Shown here: positions 52,651 through 64,000 of the stretch, one piece after another
Numbering within the stretch: the stretch's first letter is position 1
How the letters are laid out: each line of letters begins with the position of its first letter
Assembly: GCA_951406725.2 (NCBI GenBank)
Contig: OX597815.1
Location: 29,512,001 to 29,576,000 of the forward strand
Reading direction: 5' to 3'
Length of the DNA: 64,000 nucleotides
DNA from: Octopus vulgaris
Lineage: Eukaryota
Translations under genes and position numbers: made by a program
Notes under the pieces: generated by a model
What the model saw: only the letters and a program-made list of their open reading frames with translations
Database searches by the model: none
Told to the model about the DNA's origin: nothing

Positions 52651-53110
52651 GTCATCATCATCATCATCATCCTTTAACGTCCATTTTCTATGCTAGCATG
52701 AGTTGGACATTTTGACCAGAGTTGGCAAGCTGGAGAGCTGCACCAGGTTCCAGTCTGATTTGGATTGGTTTCTATGGATTTATTTTATGGATATACACTC
52801 ATCATCATCATCATTTGATGTCCATTTTCTATGCTGGCATGGGTTGGACAGTTTGACAGGAACTGCCAGCCAGGGAGCAGTCCAGACTCCAATTGTTTGT
52901 TATGGCATGGTTTCTATGGCCGGATACCCATCCTAATGCCAACCACTTTACAGAGTGCACCAGGTGCACTTTATGTGTCACTGGCATGGGCTCAGTATAC
53001 AACACTGGCATGAGTGCATTTTATGTGGCACCAACATCTGTAAAGGACAAGCCTGTATGGTTGGCGGCAGTTTTACTTGGCTTGATATGTCATCTCAAGT
53101 ATGACACATT
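52651..53110 (-). mobile_element. Two RTE LINE 3' ends
   Basis: Two (CAT)n-led copies, at ~52651 and ~52800. Confidence 0.8.
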
Positions 53111-53137
53111 TCCTCATAGAGAGAATTATTGTATGGA

Positions 53138-53513
53138 CTAGCACTATGACCCAGTAACGCTAGGTCATAGTGCTAGTGCATGCATATACAGCTGCGTGCA
53201 TGCGCACATACATGCAAGTACTGTCCAAATCTCTGACCAATCACATACAGCTAGCTGGCATTCAATAGGCGTATAAAGTCTCGGGCTTTTTGATTGGGTT
53301 TTGGATAGAAAATTCACAAAAAAGTCACTTCTATTGATTTTTTAATGGCTTTGCAGGGTGACTGGGGAAATGTAAAGATGTGCACGGCCACCCTTGGATG
53401 GTTTTGAATGACCATAGAGAAAGTGCGAGCCCTCTAACTGAAAAATTGTGAATTTGTATAAAGGACATGCACACACACACACACAGACATTTTGCTGTTT
53501 ATATATATAGAGA
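53138..53513 (-). mobile_element. Non-autonomous Helitron
   Basis: On the minus strand: A|TC start, CTAG|T end, subterminal hairpin, no TSD, internal (CA)n. Confidence 0.75.
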
Positions 53514-54044
53514 TAATCTCAATAAATAAAATTTTTTCAACTCCTTATATTATGAATGTAAGACTCTATGGCATTAATATTTATTATGCATAATGCTACA
53601 TAAATATTTTTCTCTTCTACCAAATTTACTACATTCTCTCTATACATTGATTACACTTAATTATGTCAGCTCAATACAATATGCTTTGTTGAGGAGGTCC
53701 AATAAGCCCCAAACATGTTTTCACCCATTCTGGTAATGCATTTTCTAAATTGTTCAAATTTCAGTTAATTGATCTTATTGGAGTTATCCCCTTTGCTTCT
53801 TGGTTTTCGATTTTAAACACTACTAGAGGTAGTTTTTTTCTATTAATTCTAAGGATATGATTGTAAGGATAATCTCAATTAATTGAAGTTTTTTAACATA
53901 CTATATTTATGTGAGACTTAATTACATTGTCTCTTCCACAATGTATAATTAGTAATTAGGTCTTTAAAGTCTATCGACTTAAAACCTTAAGACTTACATT
54001 ATTTACATTTAACTGATATTTGTCCTCATCTTGTTTGTTGTTAA

Positions 54045-54088
54045 CAAAAAGTTTCGGCTGATATACCCTTCAACCTTCATCAGGTGTC
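54045..54088 (-). ncRNA. Hammerhead ribozyme motif in an inverted pseudo-LTR of a Penelope-like element
   Basis: Minus strand reads acac-CTGATGA-a-ggttg(aagggtatat)cagcc-GAAAC-tttttgtt; stem III looks mutated. Confidence 0.55.
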
Positions 54089-54129
54089 TTGGGGAAATTT
54101 TGAACTTGGGTTCTCATATTTGCATTCTA

Positions 54130-55316
54130 GAAAGAGAATCCAACAAGATCTAAAAAAGTTGTACATGAAAGAATTTGAAATGGTGAAGACACGCCAAATT
54201 AAGAAGTTTATGAAACTCAAAGGTCAGAGAATGAAGACTGAAATCCGCCACCCACCTGTGAAATGTAAGTAGCTGACATCTAGAAAGCTCTGAAGAAGCA
54301 GTACTGAACAAAGGTCTCAACTTCGCAACAACCATCAAGCGCATTCCATACTTGGATATAATAGCTCCTATTGAAGTGATAGCCATAAAAATACCAATAG
54401 CTCAGAGAGATGAACTAAGGTAGAAAGTGAGACAGGTACTAGAAAAAGTGAAACTTCCGAAACCAGACATCACTAAGGAAGAAAAGTTCGCTATCAAGAG
54501 ACTACAGAATGACAATTCTATCATAATACTTCCAGTGGACAAGGGAAGTGCTACAGTGATGATGAACAAGTCTGACTACTCTGAAAAATTGGCAAGTCTC
54601 ATAAGTGATGGTAGCCACAACAAAGAAAAGAAAGACCCAACTCTGAAAACAGAGAGGAAGTTGTCACAGGTCTTGATCAAGAACAAGGTTCAATTTACAC
54701 CATTGAAGTACAGACAACTGACTCAACACTACAGTAAACTACCACACATGTATGGCCTTCCTAAGATTCACAAGGATGGTATTTCATTAAGACCTATAGT
54801 GAGCTGTAGAGGTTCAGCATGTCATCCATTGAGCCGCTTCCTTGTGGATATAATCAGTCCATTAGCAGGAAAGTCAACATCGTACGATAAGAATTCCACC
54901 CACTTCACAGAATTGATCAAGGATACCCCCATTGAATTCAGTCAGATGATGAGTCAAGATGTGATAAGTTTGTTCACCAAAGTCCCAACTGGTGAAGCAC
55001 TATCGGTGATTCAAGAAAAACTAGTGACAAACACCCATCTAAAAGAACGCACTAGTATAAGAAACTTGATGGAAATGTTGACCTTCTGTGTAGAAACTAC
55101 CTACTTCAGTATGGACACTGATATATATTGACAAGGAGAGGGTTTAGCTATGGGTTCGCCATTATCACCGATAATAGCCAATATATACATGGAATACTTT
55201 GAGAATTGGGCTTTAGGATCAGCACCACTAAAACCAACGCTATGGCTGCGATATGTTGATAACACCTTTATACTCTGGCCCTACCAGGAAGATGTCCAAG
55301 AGCTGTTAGATCATGT
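54130..55316 (+). pseudogene. Penelope-like element RT (Poseidon/Penelope-type), inactive and truncated
   Basis: LNKGLNFA, DKGSATV, YGLPKIHK...LRPIVS, DVISLFTKVP, GLAMGSPLSPIIANIYME, WLRYVDN (YVDD mutated); stops at 54421 and 55129. Confidence 0.92.
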
Positions 55317-55444
55317 AGAGGGGGCACCACAGAAATGGTAAATGGTTTACAGTACAAAAGAAATTTCTATAAACTTGTTAAATAATATTCGAGGTGATTT
55401 CTATGATCGAAATTATAATTCTGAAGTGTTCGTGGTGTCATAGT

Positions 55445-55770
55445 GCGGATATGATCAATGACTTTGCAAATATGAATAGGGCTTCCGAGGCCCACAGCTC
55501 TTCAATATCCTCCCGAAGAACCTGAGAGACCTGCATGGGGTGGATGCAGATGTCTTTAAAATGAAGCTGGATCTCTTCCTGTCAGGTGTCCCAGATGAAC
55601 CAACTTCACGGCAGGAGGGGCAGATGAGGGCAGCTGCATCGAACTCTCTCATGCACCAAATGGCAGTTGCTAGAAAGCTTTCGTGAAGTGAAACCAAGTA
55701 GCAACACCAAATGGCGGTGCCCCAGCATGGCCACAGCTCATAAGCTGAAACTAGAATCAATCAATCAATA
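55445..55770 (+). mobile_element. CR1-like LINE 3' end with (ATCA)n tail
   Basis: GFRGPQLFNILPKNLRDLHGVDADVFKMKLDLFLSGVPDEP...NSLMHQ, then UTR ggcggtgccccagcatggccacagctc..gctgaaac and aatcaatcaatcaat. Confidence 0.85.
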
Positions 55771-56137
55771 TCAAAATAAACATTCCACTCTTAGGTTTGT
55801 TTCACTTTGAAAACTAAAAAAATATTTTATGGTTTATTACTGTTTTCATTTTGAATTACATATATATGGGGGTACCAAAATCTTCCAAGTGCTTAGGGCC
55901 TCAGTGGGTCCTAATCCGGCCTTGATGACGAGAGTCATATGAGTATGCTAGTTATTGAGTATATATTCTTTGCAATGAGCTACGAAATCAGACCGTTGCA
56001 GCAAAAAAGGGGCACTGTGGGCGTTGGTTTCACAAGACTTGATATATTGCTTAGCAACTGACAAATTGGTATTTGACACATACACACACAAGTATGTGCT
56101 CACACGATACAAAGACTATCAGCTGTAACAGTTATTC

Positions 56138-56170
<33 letters not shown>

Positions 56171-58251
56171 CGCACACACTCACACAATTATTATATCTAT
56201 AAAATTTACATAACTTTACTCATTCCTTCGTACGTGCGTTATTTTACTCGGTCTGTGAATTTGCGGTAAATTTTCTGATATATCAGTTTACATATTTTTT
56301 TGTCTTCGCATTCTTTTTACAGCATCAGTACCTATATTTTCCCTTTTAAAGAGTATTTTAATACATTTAATTAGATTGATTTATAAAATATTAATGCAAT
56401 CTTATATAAGCGGGGCCCAGAAAGAAACTTATGACACATAGCATAGCAGTCATGTCTCCCTAAAACCGAACCCTAGCATCTTACAAATTAGAAAGGACAC
56501 AATAACAAAAAAAAAAAAAAGACGTTTGTTTGAACACTTTTCATCGGGTCCCTTTTCACTGGGACACTGACCTGGACCTAAACAACGCCCAACTATCTTA
56601 TTCAGTATAATCATATTTTTCACTTATTTAATTTTTTTTTTAACGGTAATGTTTTCTTACAGCGGCAAAAGGTATGACTGTCACCAGAAAAAGGGATGAA
56701 TGTATCTGACTTTCAATGCATGCTTTTGAATTTTTTAAAAAGAGACAAGGAGTGTAACTAAAATTAGTTGGCATCAACCAAGAGAAACCGCGGTGCGAGC
56801 CCCGTCTGCTTCAGTTATCTTGATCACATTACTTTAGAACGTAGCATGTTTTATTTTTTTTTCACTATAATGTTTCATGTTTAAATTCTTTAATTTATCG
56901 TGCTGATATACTTTTTTCAGTTATTTCATTTCAATTTTGTTTTGTTTCTGTTTTTTTTTTCTCCACGACTGACCGGGAGGCTTTCTTACTACCCCCTCCC
57001 TTATATAATCTCGATGCTTTAACTAAGTTGGTGTCTATAGGAGTGCTTCGTTTCAAGTAAGTAGTTGTTATCCGTTCATTTTCCAAGTGACGTTCAAATG
57101 ACGACCTAAGCATGTAACGTTTAATACATTTCAAATTTAGTGAAATTTATCTGGAGTATCATAACAGTTTCAGTTAAAGATCCGAAATGTATATTTTTTT
57201 CACATCAAATATAATTATGCAATTGCTTTTTCGCTCCCAACGGCTACAATGTTTAAGGTGAACCGAATTGCAATTGTTCCGGATAATTTGGGATAACATT
57301 GCGGGGAACAAAATTTAAATGCGATAAAACAAATTTAATTCAACGAAAGCCTAAACTTGGGATTTTTTAAGAGCCTGAAAAATCTCTTACTTTAAAATTC
57401 AATGTTTCTCTTGCATTTGTTATTAGGGTCCCTAAAAGAATCGGGTAATCGAAATGCTTGAATGGGATGAAAATTTTCTCGTCAGATTACTTTATGTTAA
57501 AATAAACTTAATGTCTTGCTGTGATTAACTAAAAGGGACGGCTATCCATTATTTTAAAAGATTGTTGACAGTTTTTGTAAAAGTACATGCAATATTCATT
57601 GGACCCCTGTCCTTATAAGCTCACAACTATTACATTTTAATCACATTAGTGATAAATTTGAACCCTGATATAAACTATTTAGACTAATACTGATCCTTCC
57701 GACCTTTATGTTTAGGACATTTCCATTTAATAATCATTTCCAACACATCTTTTTTTACTAAAATCATTGCAATGTGTACTTTATAAGGGACATTTGGTAA
57801 ATATACAATCAGTTGTACATTAGCATTAACAGCATTTATAATTTGATATAAATTAATCGTTAATAAATATCGAAAACAATTAGTAAAAGAAGTTTAATTG
57901 GAATTGTTTCCTTAGAAGCAGAATGCTGTTTAATTTATAGTAAAACAGTTTTTGAAAGTATATTTTTATTTACGTAAAACCCAACCGAAGATGAATTTCT
58001 AAATATCTCGTTCTTTTGATTATTCCCGCTTGATTCTTCTCGGGACCCTTTAAATAGTGTTACCAATGTTTTTTTTAAAGCAATTCTTACATTTATTTCT
58101 TAGGGTATCTATCCCTATGACTTGGGAAGCTGTTATTTATCTTATCGATTTTGACAATTTTTTGGCGGGGGATGAGTGAACCACACTGAAGAAATGTTAT
58201 AATTTTATGTCATTTAAAAGAACGTACTTCAATTACTTTATGAATGCTGTA

Positions 58252-58531
58252 CAGGCATTCCTTCGATATAGCTCGACAAAGTCGGGCCATTTCACTTCGG
58301 GTATTTCCGTGGGTTGTGGAGTATAGATATAACGAAATTATGCCAGCAATATCGCATCTTAAACTCGAAGAATAAAAGCCTTGCTTATTTCTTCTTACCT
58401 TTTTCATGTGTGTATGTAAAACACGCAAATTTCCAAGCAGAAAAACAGAATCGAACTGTCATTTGCTTCCACGGAAATACCCGAGGTAAAGTGTTTTGAT
58501 TTTATCGAGTTATATCGAAAGAATGCCAATG
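58252..58531. mobile_element. Tigger/pogo-like MITE with ~60-bp TIRs and TA TSD
   Basis: TA|caggcattccttcgatatagctcga...cgggtatttccgtgg pairs with ccacggaaatacccg...tcgagttatatcgaaagaatgccaatg|TA. Confidence 0.8.
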
Positions 58532-60684
58532 TACATTATTATTATTGTCTAAGAATGGTAGAAATTATGATACGCAAAAGTAAATTGTTTTCGCTATCTG
58601 TTGGGAACTTACATTAAAAAAATTTATCTTCAGTTCACTTCTTATTACGCCGCATCCTCATCTAACATTGATTTTATTTATCTGTTTTATATATTTCCCT
58701 ATTATTTATTAAATGTGGCAGATATTGGCAAGTTGAGGTCCATGAGTGTAAATATTGCATCTCTTACAACAAGCACCATAAAACAAGGTATTTCGTGGTT
58801 TGCAGTTCGCCCGCATTTGCAAGCGTACATGTGATGATATTATGTATTTGTTTGGCAACAGATTCGAAATTATCTCAAGTTGTGCATAAAGAGTATTCTC
58901 TGTTATGATGATGCTCAGAATGTATTTATTGAACTCCAATGCTTCCCAAATTTTTACTTGAACTATAACGAAAAACGAAAGTATTTAATACTGAAACTAA
59001 TGGGTACAAGTACCAACATTATGTTGTCTACTTTTTCTTTTATTATAGAATATAATTCAACCGAGAAACACTTATATATCTCAGTATTCTATTCATATTT
59101 CTTCAATCTAAGTAAACAACGTGACTTTTTCCCACACTGGTCCTAATTTAGCATACCTATGTCCAAAACTGTTCAACTTATGACTGTCCCATCTCTTTAT
59201 AAATCGGACTGACATTGTGTCGTTTTTTCCTTCCTTCTTTTAAGACTGTGGTGATTGATTTGATGGAAATTTGCTTAATATTTCTTCTTATATATATATT
59301 ACTAAATGTATAGACTCCGTTTTGACTCATCTACAAGTTCATTATTGCATGCAGTCCCAAATCAACCGTGTCTGAGAACCTCTATTTCTCAAAATGTTAT
59401 TACTAGTTTGTGTAAAAATTGAATTATTTTTAAGTAACAAGCAAAACTACATTATTGCAGAAAATTGTTGCCGTATAATACAGTGTGAACGAAAAAGAAT
59501 AAGATACCCAAGGTTTTCTATTTGTTACGACTCTGTTCTATTTATATATCTACGGTTACATAAGCTAACATGTTATTTTTAAGACAATAGCTTTTGATTT
59601 GAAGGAGTTTTGGCGGATAAAGTGAAAAGATCCTTTTGGCTACTATTTCTCATACTTTGAATGACCTCATGGATGGTCCCTTTTGAGAGGCTCTTCGAAA
59701 TCTGATCTGAGGGTGGTATTTTGTGGCAACTTAGTAGTGAAGTCTTAGTGTAGCTAATATCTATTTCTATTATTTCATGTTATGCTTCTTAAGTTCTTAT
59801 TAAAGGTGTAAACAATACGGAGTCGTATTTTCTTCATCTAAATTCCATGCTTGAGTGAAAACGGAACTGCGTCGGAAAAACTCGACTTTTATTCAAGTTA
59901 ATTAAAAAAAGAATTTCTAAGCTTTTACAAAGTAGTTTACTAATTATTGTGAGAGCTATGATTAATGTTTATGGTACACGTGGTTTTGGGTTCTAGTCTT
60001 GATGGGGTTTGACAGATATTTAAAAAAAAAATGTAAACCTGCAGGTTTACCTAATTTACCAACAGGTTCCTTGTTTCCACGAAAACCCGTGTCGTGCCTC
60101 ATAAAAAAAAAAAGTGACCTAAGTAGGGTTTTGTTTAACATGTAGTACCTATTTAATATAGAAGTCAGCTTTTGCAAGTATTTTAGTTATCTAATATTGT
60201 ATTAGAAAATTTAATTTCGACATTCTTTCATTTTATGACCAGAAAATGAAAGAAATATTTACAGTATTTGGTAATTTCGAGGTGGACGGGTCGGATAACC
60301 CGCCCCAGCTTCGGATTTCTACTTTCAACAACGGAAATTACGATTTTGTACCCCCGCCAAAAGCTAACCCCAACTAATTTTCAGTTTTTAATTTATTTTT
60401 ATAATTTAAAAATATTTTCCCATTCAAACCTTTTTTTTCAGTGTCGATCACTAACAATAGTTTTCCGCTTTCATTTTATAACCCTAAACGAAAGAATACT
60501 AAGGTTATATGTTCTCCGAGATTGTATACAGTTGATAAGATATCTGGCGATGTTTGACAGTAAATACAGTAAACATAACAATTTTGTTAGCTTCTAACAG
60601 GAAATGACGTTTTAAAGCTTTGTTACTTTAAAATTCTCCGATAACTATTTTCAGGTTTCCACTGTTTTTTTTCCTTCGGTGTAA

Positions 60685-61070
60685 TAATAATAATAATAAT
60701 TGTGTACAGTGCTCAGGTGCACTACAACTCATCTAAAGTGTATATATAATCAGGTGTAGTTTCGGCGGATTTCGGAAAGCATGAGGGCCTTAAAGGATGC
60801 AGTGTCATGGCAGTCAACAACTGACGCAGGCAGTTTATTCCATGCTTCAGCAACTCTGAGCGTGAAAAAATGTTTCCGAAAGTCATGGGAGCTGTGTTGT
60901 TTTCTGACTTTGTAAATGTGTCCACGGGTGTTAGACACATGAAGATCAAAAAGGTGTTCAGTGTTGTTGTTGGTGAGGTGGTTGATAACTTTGTGGGTGT
61001 TTACCAAGTCCGTCGCCAGACGCCGGAGCTTCAGTGAATCCATGCCCAGGGAAACAAGGCGCTCAGAATG
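60685..61070 (-). mobile_element. 5'-truncated CR1-like LINE
   Basis: SERLVSLGMDSLKLRRL..DL...HK...TRGH.YK...RKHFFTLRV..AWNKLP motif set; (ATT)n tail. Confidence 0.9.
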
Positions 61071-61732
61071 TAACTTCATTCTTCATTTCATCTGTTAAGA
61101 GAATTTAATTACTGTAGAAAATCCTTGATGATATTATGAGTTGAATTGAAATATTGGGAAAATATTGTTCATCCTTTTATGGTCAGTAGTACTAGAAAAG
61201 GGATAAGCAAATTTACTTTTACATCACAGAAAAAGAAAAAAGAATGCAAGAAGCTAGCTATCTCCTAAAAATAATTTGTGGATTTATCAAAGGAGGAAGA
61301 ACAGTATCTATGATCTTTTTTTTTTTCTGCCAATCCTCTGAGATTAAGTCTACCACCCATGTAGACCATGGCAGGATTCGAACTCAGAATACAAAGAGTT
61401 AGAACAAATACTGTGAGATATCCTTTACGATACTCTAATGGTTCTCTACCAGTTGACTGCACTTGACTGGTACTTTAGTAACCTTGGAAAGAAGGCATAG
61501 CTGGCCTTGGTAGTATTTGAGCTTGGAGTGCTATGCAGTATTAATTTGCAAATAACAGATGACTGCCAAATGGTCAGTTATTAGGTTTTACACAAATCAA
61601 CAGCTCTCGGTAATTAAAAGGGCTGGAAGCTAGATTCTAATTTAACAATTTTTGTGTGGCATTTTGTGATGAATATGCTTCATTTTTCTCTTAATACAGG
61701 GAACCTTACTTTTGTGATTAAGGACAGGAACC

Positions 61733-61846
61733 ATGACTGCAAAAGCCACCAGTGTGCTGTCCAAAATTCGGATTTTAATGAAAAGCAAACAATTTGTGAA
61801 TGAAATTGTCCATGCATATATCATTCCACACCAAGATGCACATCAG
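61733..61846 (+). CDS. XPNPEP1: Xaa-Pro aminopeptidase 1 (cytosolic aminopeptidase P), first coding exon
   Basis: Acceptor ttttctcttaatacag|G at 61700; Kozak-like ACCATGA at 61733; encodes MTAKATSVLSKIRILMKSKQFVNEIVHAYIIPHQDAHQ, which matches the recalled human N-terminus ([39 protein letters not shown]); phase-0 donor CAG|GTAAGT after 61846. An in-frame TGA lies upstream of the ATG in the same exon. Confidence 0.93.
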
Positions 61847-61988
61847 GTAAGTGAAGGCTATTAGTAAACATTCAGGTTTAAACACCTTTACTCTTGCATC
61901 CGGCAAGCCTTTTTCTTGAGCATATATGAAATTGAACCAGCCGTGAAAAATACAGGCAAGTATATAGTTTCAATTATAGGTATGTACA

Positions 61989-62170
61989 AGGCGGCAAGCT
62001 GGCAGAATCGTTAGCATGCCGGGCAAAATGCTAGCGGCATTTTGTTGGTTTTTACATACTGAGTTCAAATTCTGCCGAGATTGACTTTCTCTGTCATTCT
62101 TATGGGGGTCAATAAAATAAGTACCGGTTGAGTACCAGGGTCGATGTAATCAACTTACCTCTTCTCAGAA
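61989..62170 (+). mobile_element. SINE family C in the XPNPEP1 intron
   Basis: Homology to family C. Confidence 0.8.
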
Positions 62171-62197
62171 TTCGAAACCAATTACAGACATATTTGT

Positions 62198-62526
62198 GAA
62201 GGTGCATGGCTCAGTGGTTAGATCGTCGAACTTATGACTGTCAGGTTGTGAGTTGAAATCCCGGACCGGGCTGCGTGTCTTGAGCAAGACACTTTATTTC
62301 ACGTTTCATCCAGTTCACTCAGCTGTAGAAATGAGTTGCGACATCACTGGTGCCAAACTGTATCGGCCTTTGCCTTTCCCTTGGATAACATCGGTGGCGT
62401 GTAGAGGGGAGCCTGTATGTATGGGTGACTGTTGGTCTTCCATAAACAACCTTGCCTGGACTTGTGCCTCAGAGGGTAACTTTCTAGGTGCAATCTCATG
62501 GTCATTCGTGACCTAAGGGGGTCTCC
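62198..62526 (+). mobile_element. tRNA-SINE family D in the XPNPEP1 intron
   Basis: tRNA head ggctcagtggttag...gttgaaatcccggacc; central ccagttcactcagctgtagaaatgagt; the 3' part also occurs in reverse at 39464-39572. Confidence 0.8.
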
Positions 62527-63296
62527 GACAGGCATATTTATTTACTGTGAAGTTTCATGTTTTATATAAGTTGTTTAGAAAACAGATGAATTCCACAATT
62601 TCTTGCTGAACAACCTGTACAGATTTGTTTATAGTGACCAAATGTTTGTGCTGTATTTAGCTTGATTCCACCTTCAAATTGACATTGCCTGTACAGGTGC
62701 ATGGGGTGTGAAGTGGTCACATGTCAAAGTGATCACAGAGAACATGAAATGTAGTGTTTTGCTTAAGAACATTACACATTACCTAGTCTGGGACACAAAA
62801 TCACAGTTTTATGACTAAGTGCATAGCATAACCATTAGTTTCTATTCCAAGTTGGAACCATGCTGAGGATTATCCTTTGATTGTAATTTTGAGGTAAAGG
62901 AGGGAGATATTCTCAATTTTTCAGTTTCCTAGATGTTAGATAAATCTTTATTCAGCAGTTTTCTGTTTCCAGATTTTTGCACACAAGAGATTCTAGCTGT
63001 TGAAGGTATTCATAAAATTACTGATTAAAAAAAAATCTTGTATCTTGTTCTTTGCTTTATTGCTGCTATTATGTAGCATATTCATTAGTGCATATTCAGT
63101 GCCTTTATTGAATTACACCAGGAGTCGATATATTGTGTCTCAATTTTGCATTTTATAATTCTGGAGTCAATAAAATAAGTACTGGGTGAACTAGGTTTGG
63201 TTTAATTGCTTGCAACCTATTCCCAAAATTGATGGTTTTGTGCCAATGTAAAAAAAAAAAAAAAATTCATGGAATGTTTCTTTAATTTGATTTCAG

Positions 63297-63360
63297 AGTG
63301 AATATATTGCACCGTGTGATGCCCGGCTTAAATTTGTATCTGGATTTTCAGGATCTGCAG
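63297..63360 (+). CDS. XPNPEP1: Xaa-Pro aminopeptidase 1, second coding exon (64 nt)
   Basis: Acceptor tttaatttgatttcag|, donor CAG|GTGAGT; encodes [21 protein letters not shown](G) versus human [22 protein letters not shown]; joins the previous exon in frame to give DAHQ-SEY. The gene continues past the window end. Confidence 0.95.
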
Positions 63361-63435
63361 GTGAGTATAGTTTTATTGTGAGTGCCAAGTGTATGTACAG
63401 ATGTCTGTGGGTCTTGCTACTTGATTCAAGTCTGT

Positions 63436-63940
63436 CATCATCATCATCGTTTAATGTCTGCTTTCCATACTAGCATGGGTTGGACGATTTTGATTGAAGG
63501 CTGGCAAACCAGATGGCTGCACCAGGCTCCAGTCTTGATCTGGCAGAGTTTCTACAACTGGATGCCCTTCCTAACGCCAACCACTCCGAGAGTGTAGTGG
63601 GTGCTTTTTACCTGCCACCGGCACGGGCCATCAGGCGGCACTGGCAATGACCTCGCTCGAATCTTTTTACACGTGCCAGTGAAGCGACGTTGGTAATGAT
63701 CATGCTCGAATGGTGCCCTTTTATGTGCCATGGGTACGGAAGCCAGTTGGCTGCTCTGTCAACGATCATGCTCGGATGGTGCCCTTGGCACCCTACTAGC
63801 ACAGTCATAAGTGCCAGTAAGGCGACGCTGGTAACAATCATACTCGAATAGCCGCTCTGTCAACGATCACACTCATAGGGTGCTCTTTGCAACCCGCTAG
63901 CGTGGATGCCAGTCATCGAATTGATTTTGATTTTGATTTG
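63436..63940 (-). mobile_element. RTE LINE 3' end in the XPNPEP1 intron
   Basis: (CAT)n-led copy with several subrepeats. Confidence 0.85.
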
Positions 63941-64000
63941 TATAGTCACAAACTCAGGGCCATGTCTGTGTTAAATTAGTATGATGTTACATTGGGCTTA

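Noticed and set aside
60032-60049. Perfect 18-bp palindrome gtaaacctgcaggtttac
   Set aside because: Isolated and short, with no supporting context.

Overview
AT-rich, microsatellite-laden animal genomic DNA. The repeat repertoire suggests an octopus (coleoid cephalopod); this is inferred from recalled SINE/LINE families, not from a search. Most of the window is transposable-element debris. It holds at least four tRNA-SINE families, many 3' ends of an RTE LINE with (GAT)n tails, CR1-like and older LINE remnants, two mariner relics, several MITEs, a Helitron derivative and a probable solo LTR. It also holds two Penelope-like retroelements (a Naiad-type element with an open 402-aa RT ORF and a decayed Poseidon-type element) and two minimal hammerhead-ribozyme motifs. 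The one host gene I can identify is not in the ORF track: the first two coding exons of cytosolic Xaa-Pro aminopeptidase 1 (XPNPEP1-like) on the + strand at 61733-61846 and 63297-63360, continuing beyond the window. Structural oddities include a ~640-bp near-perfect inverted repeat built on a Sola-like non-autonomous transposon (49632-51422), a LINE-associated inverted duplication (33521-33944), a head-to-tail SINE array (8850-11340), TE-poor CpG-retaining blocks that look regulatory, and a few candidate minus-strand exons. Nearly all listed short ORFs are artefacts of repeats. I found no evidence of a wholly new multi-gene system; the best leads concern retroelement and RNA-structure biology.
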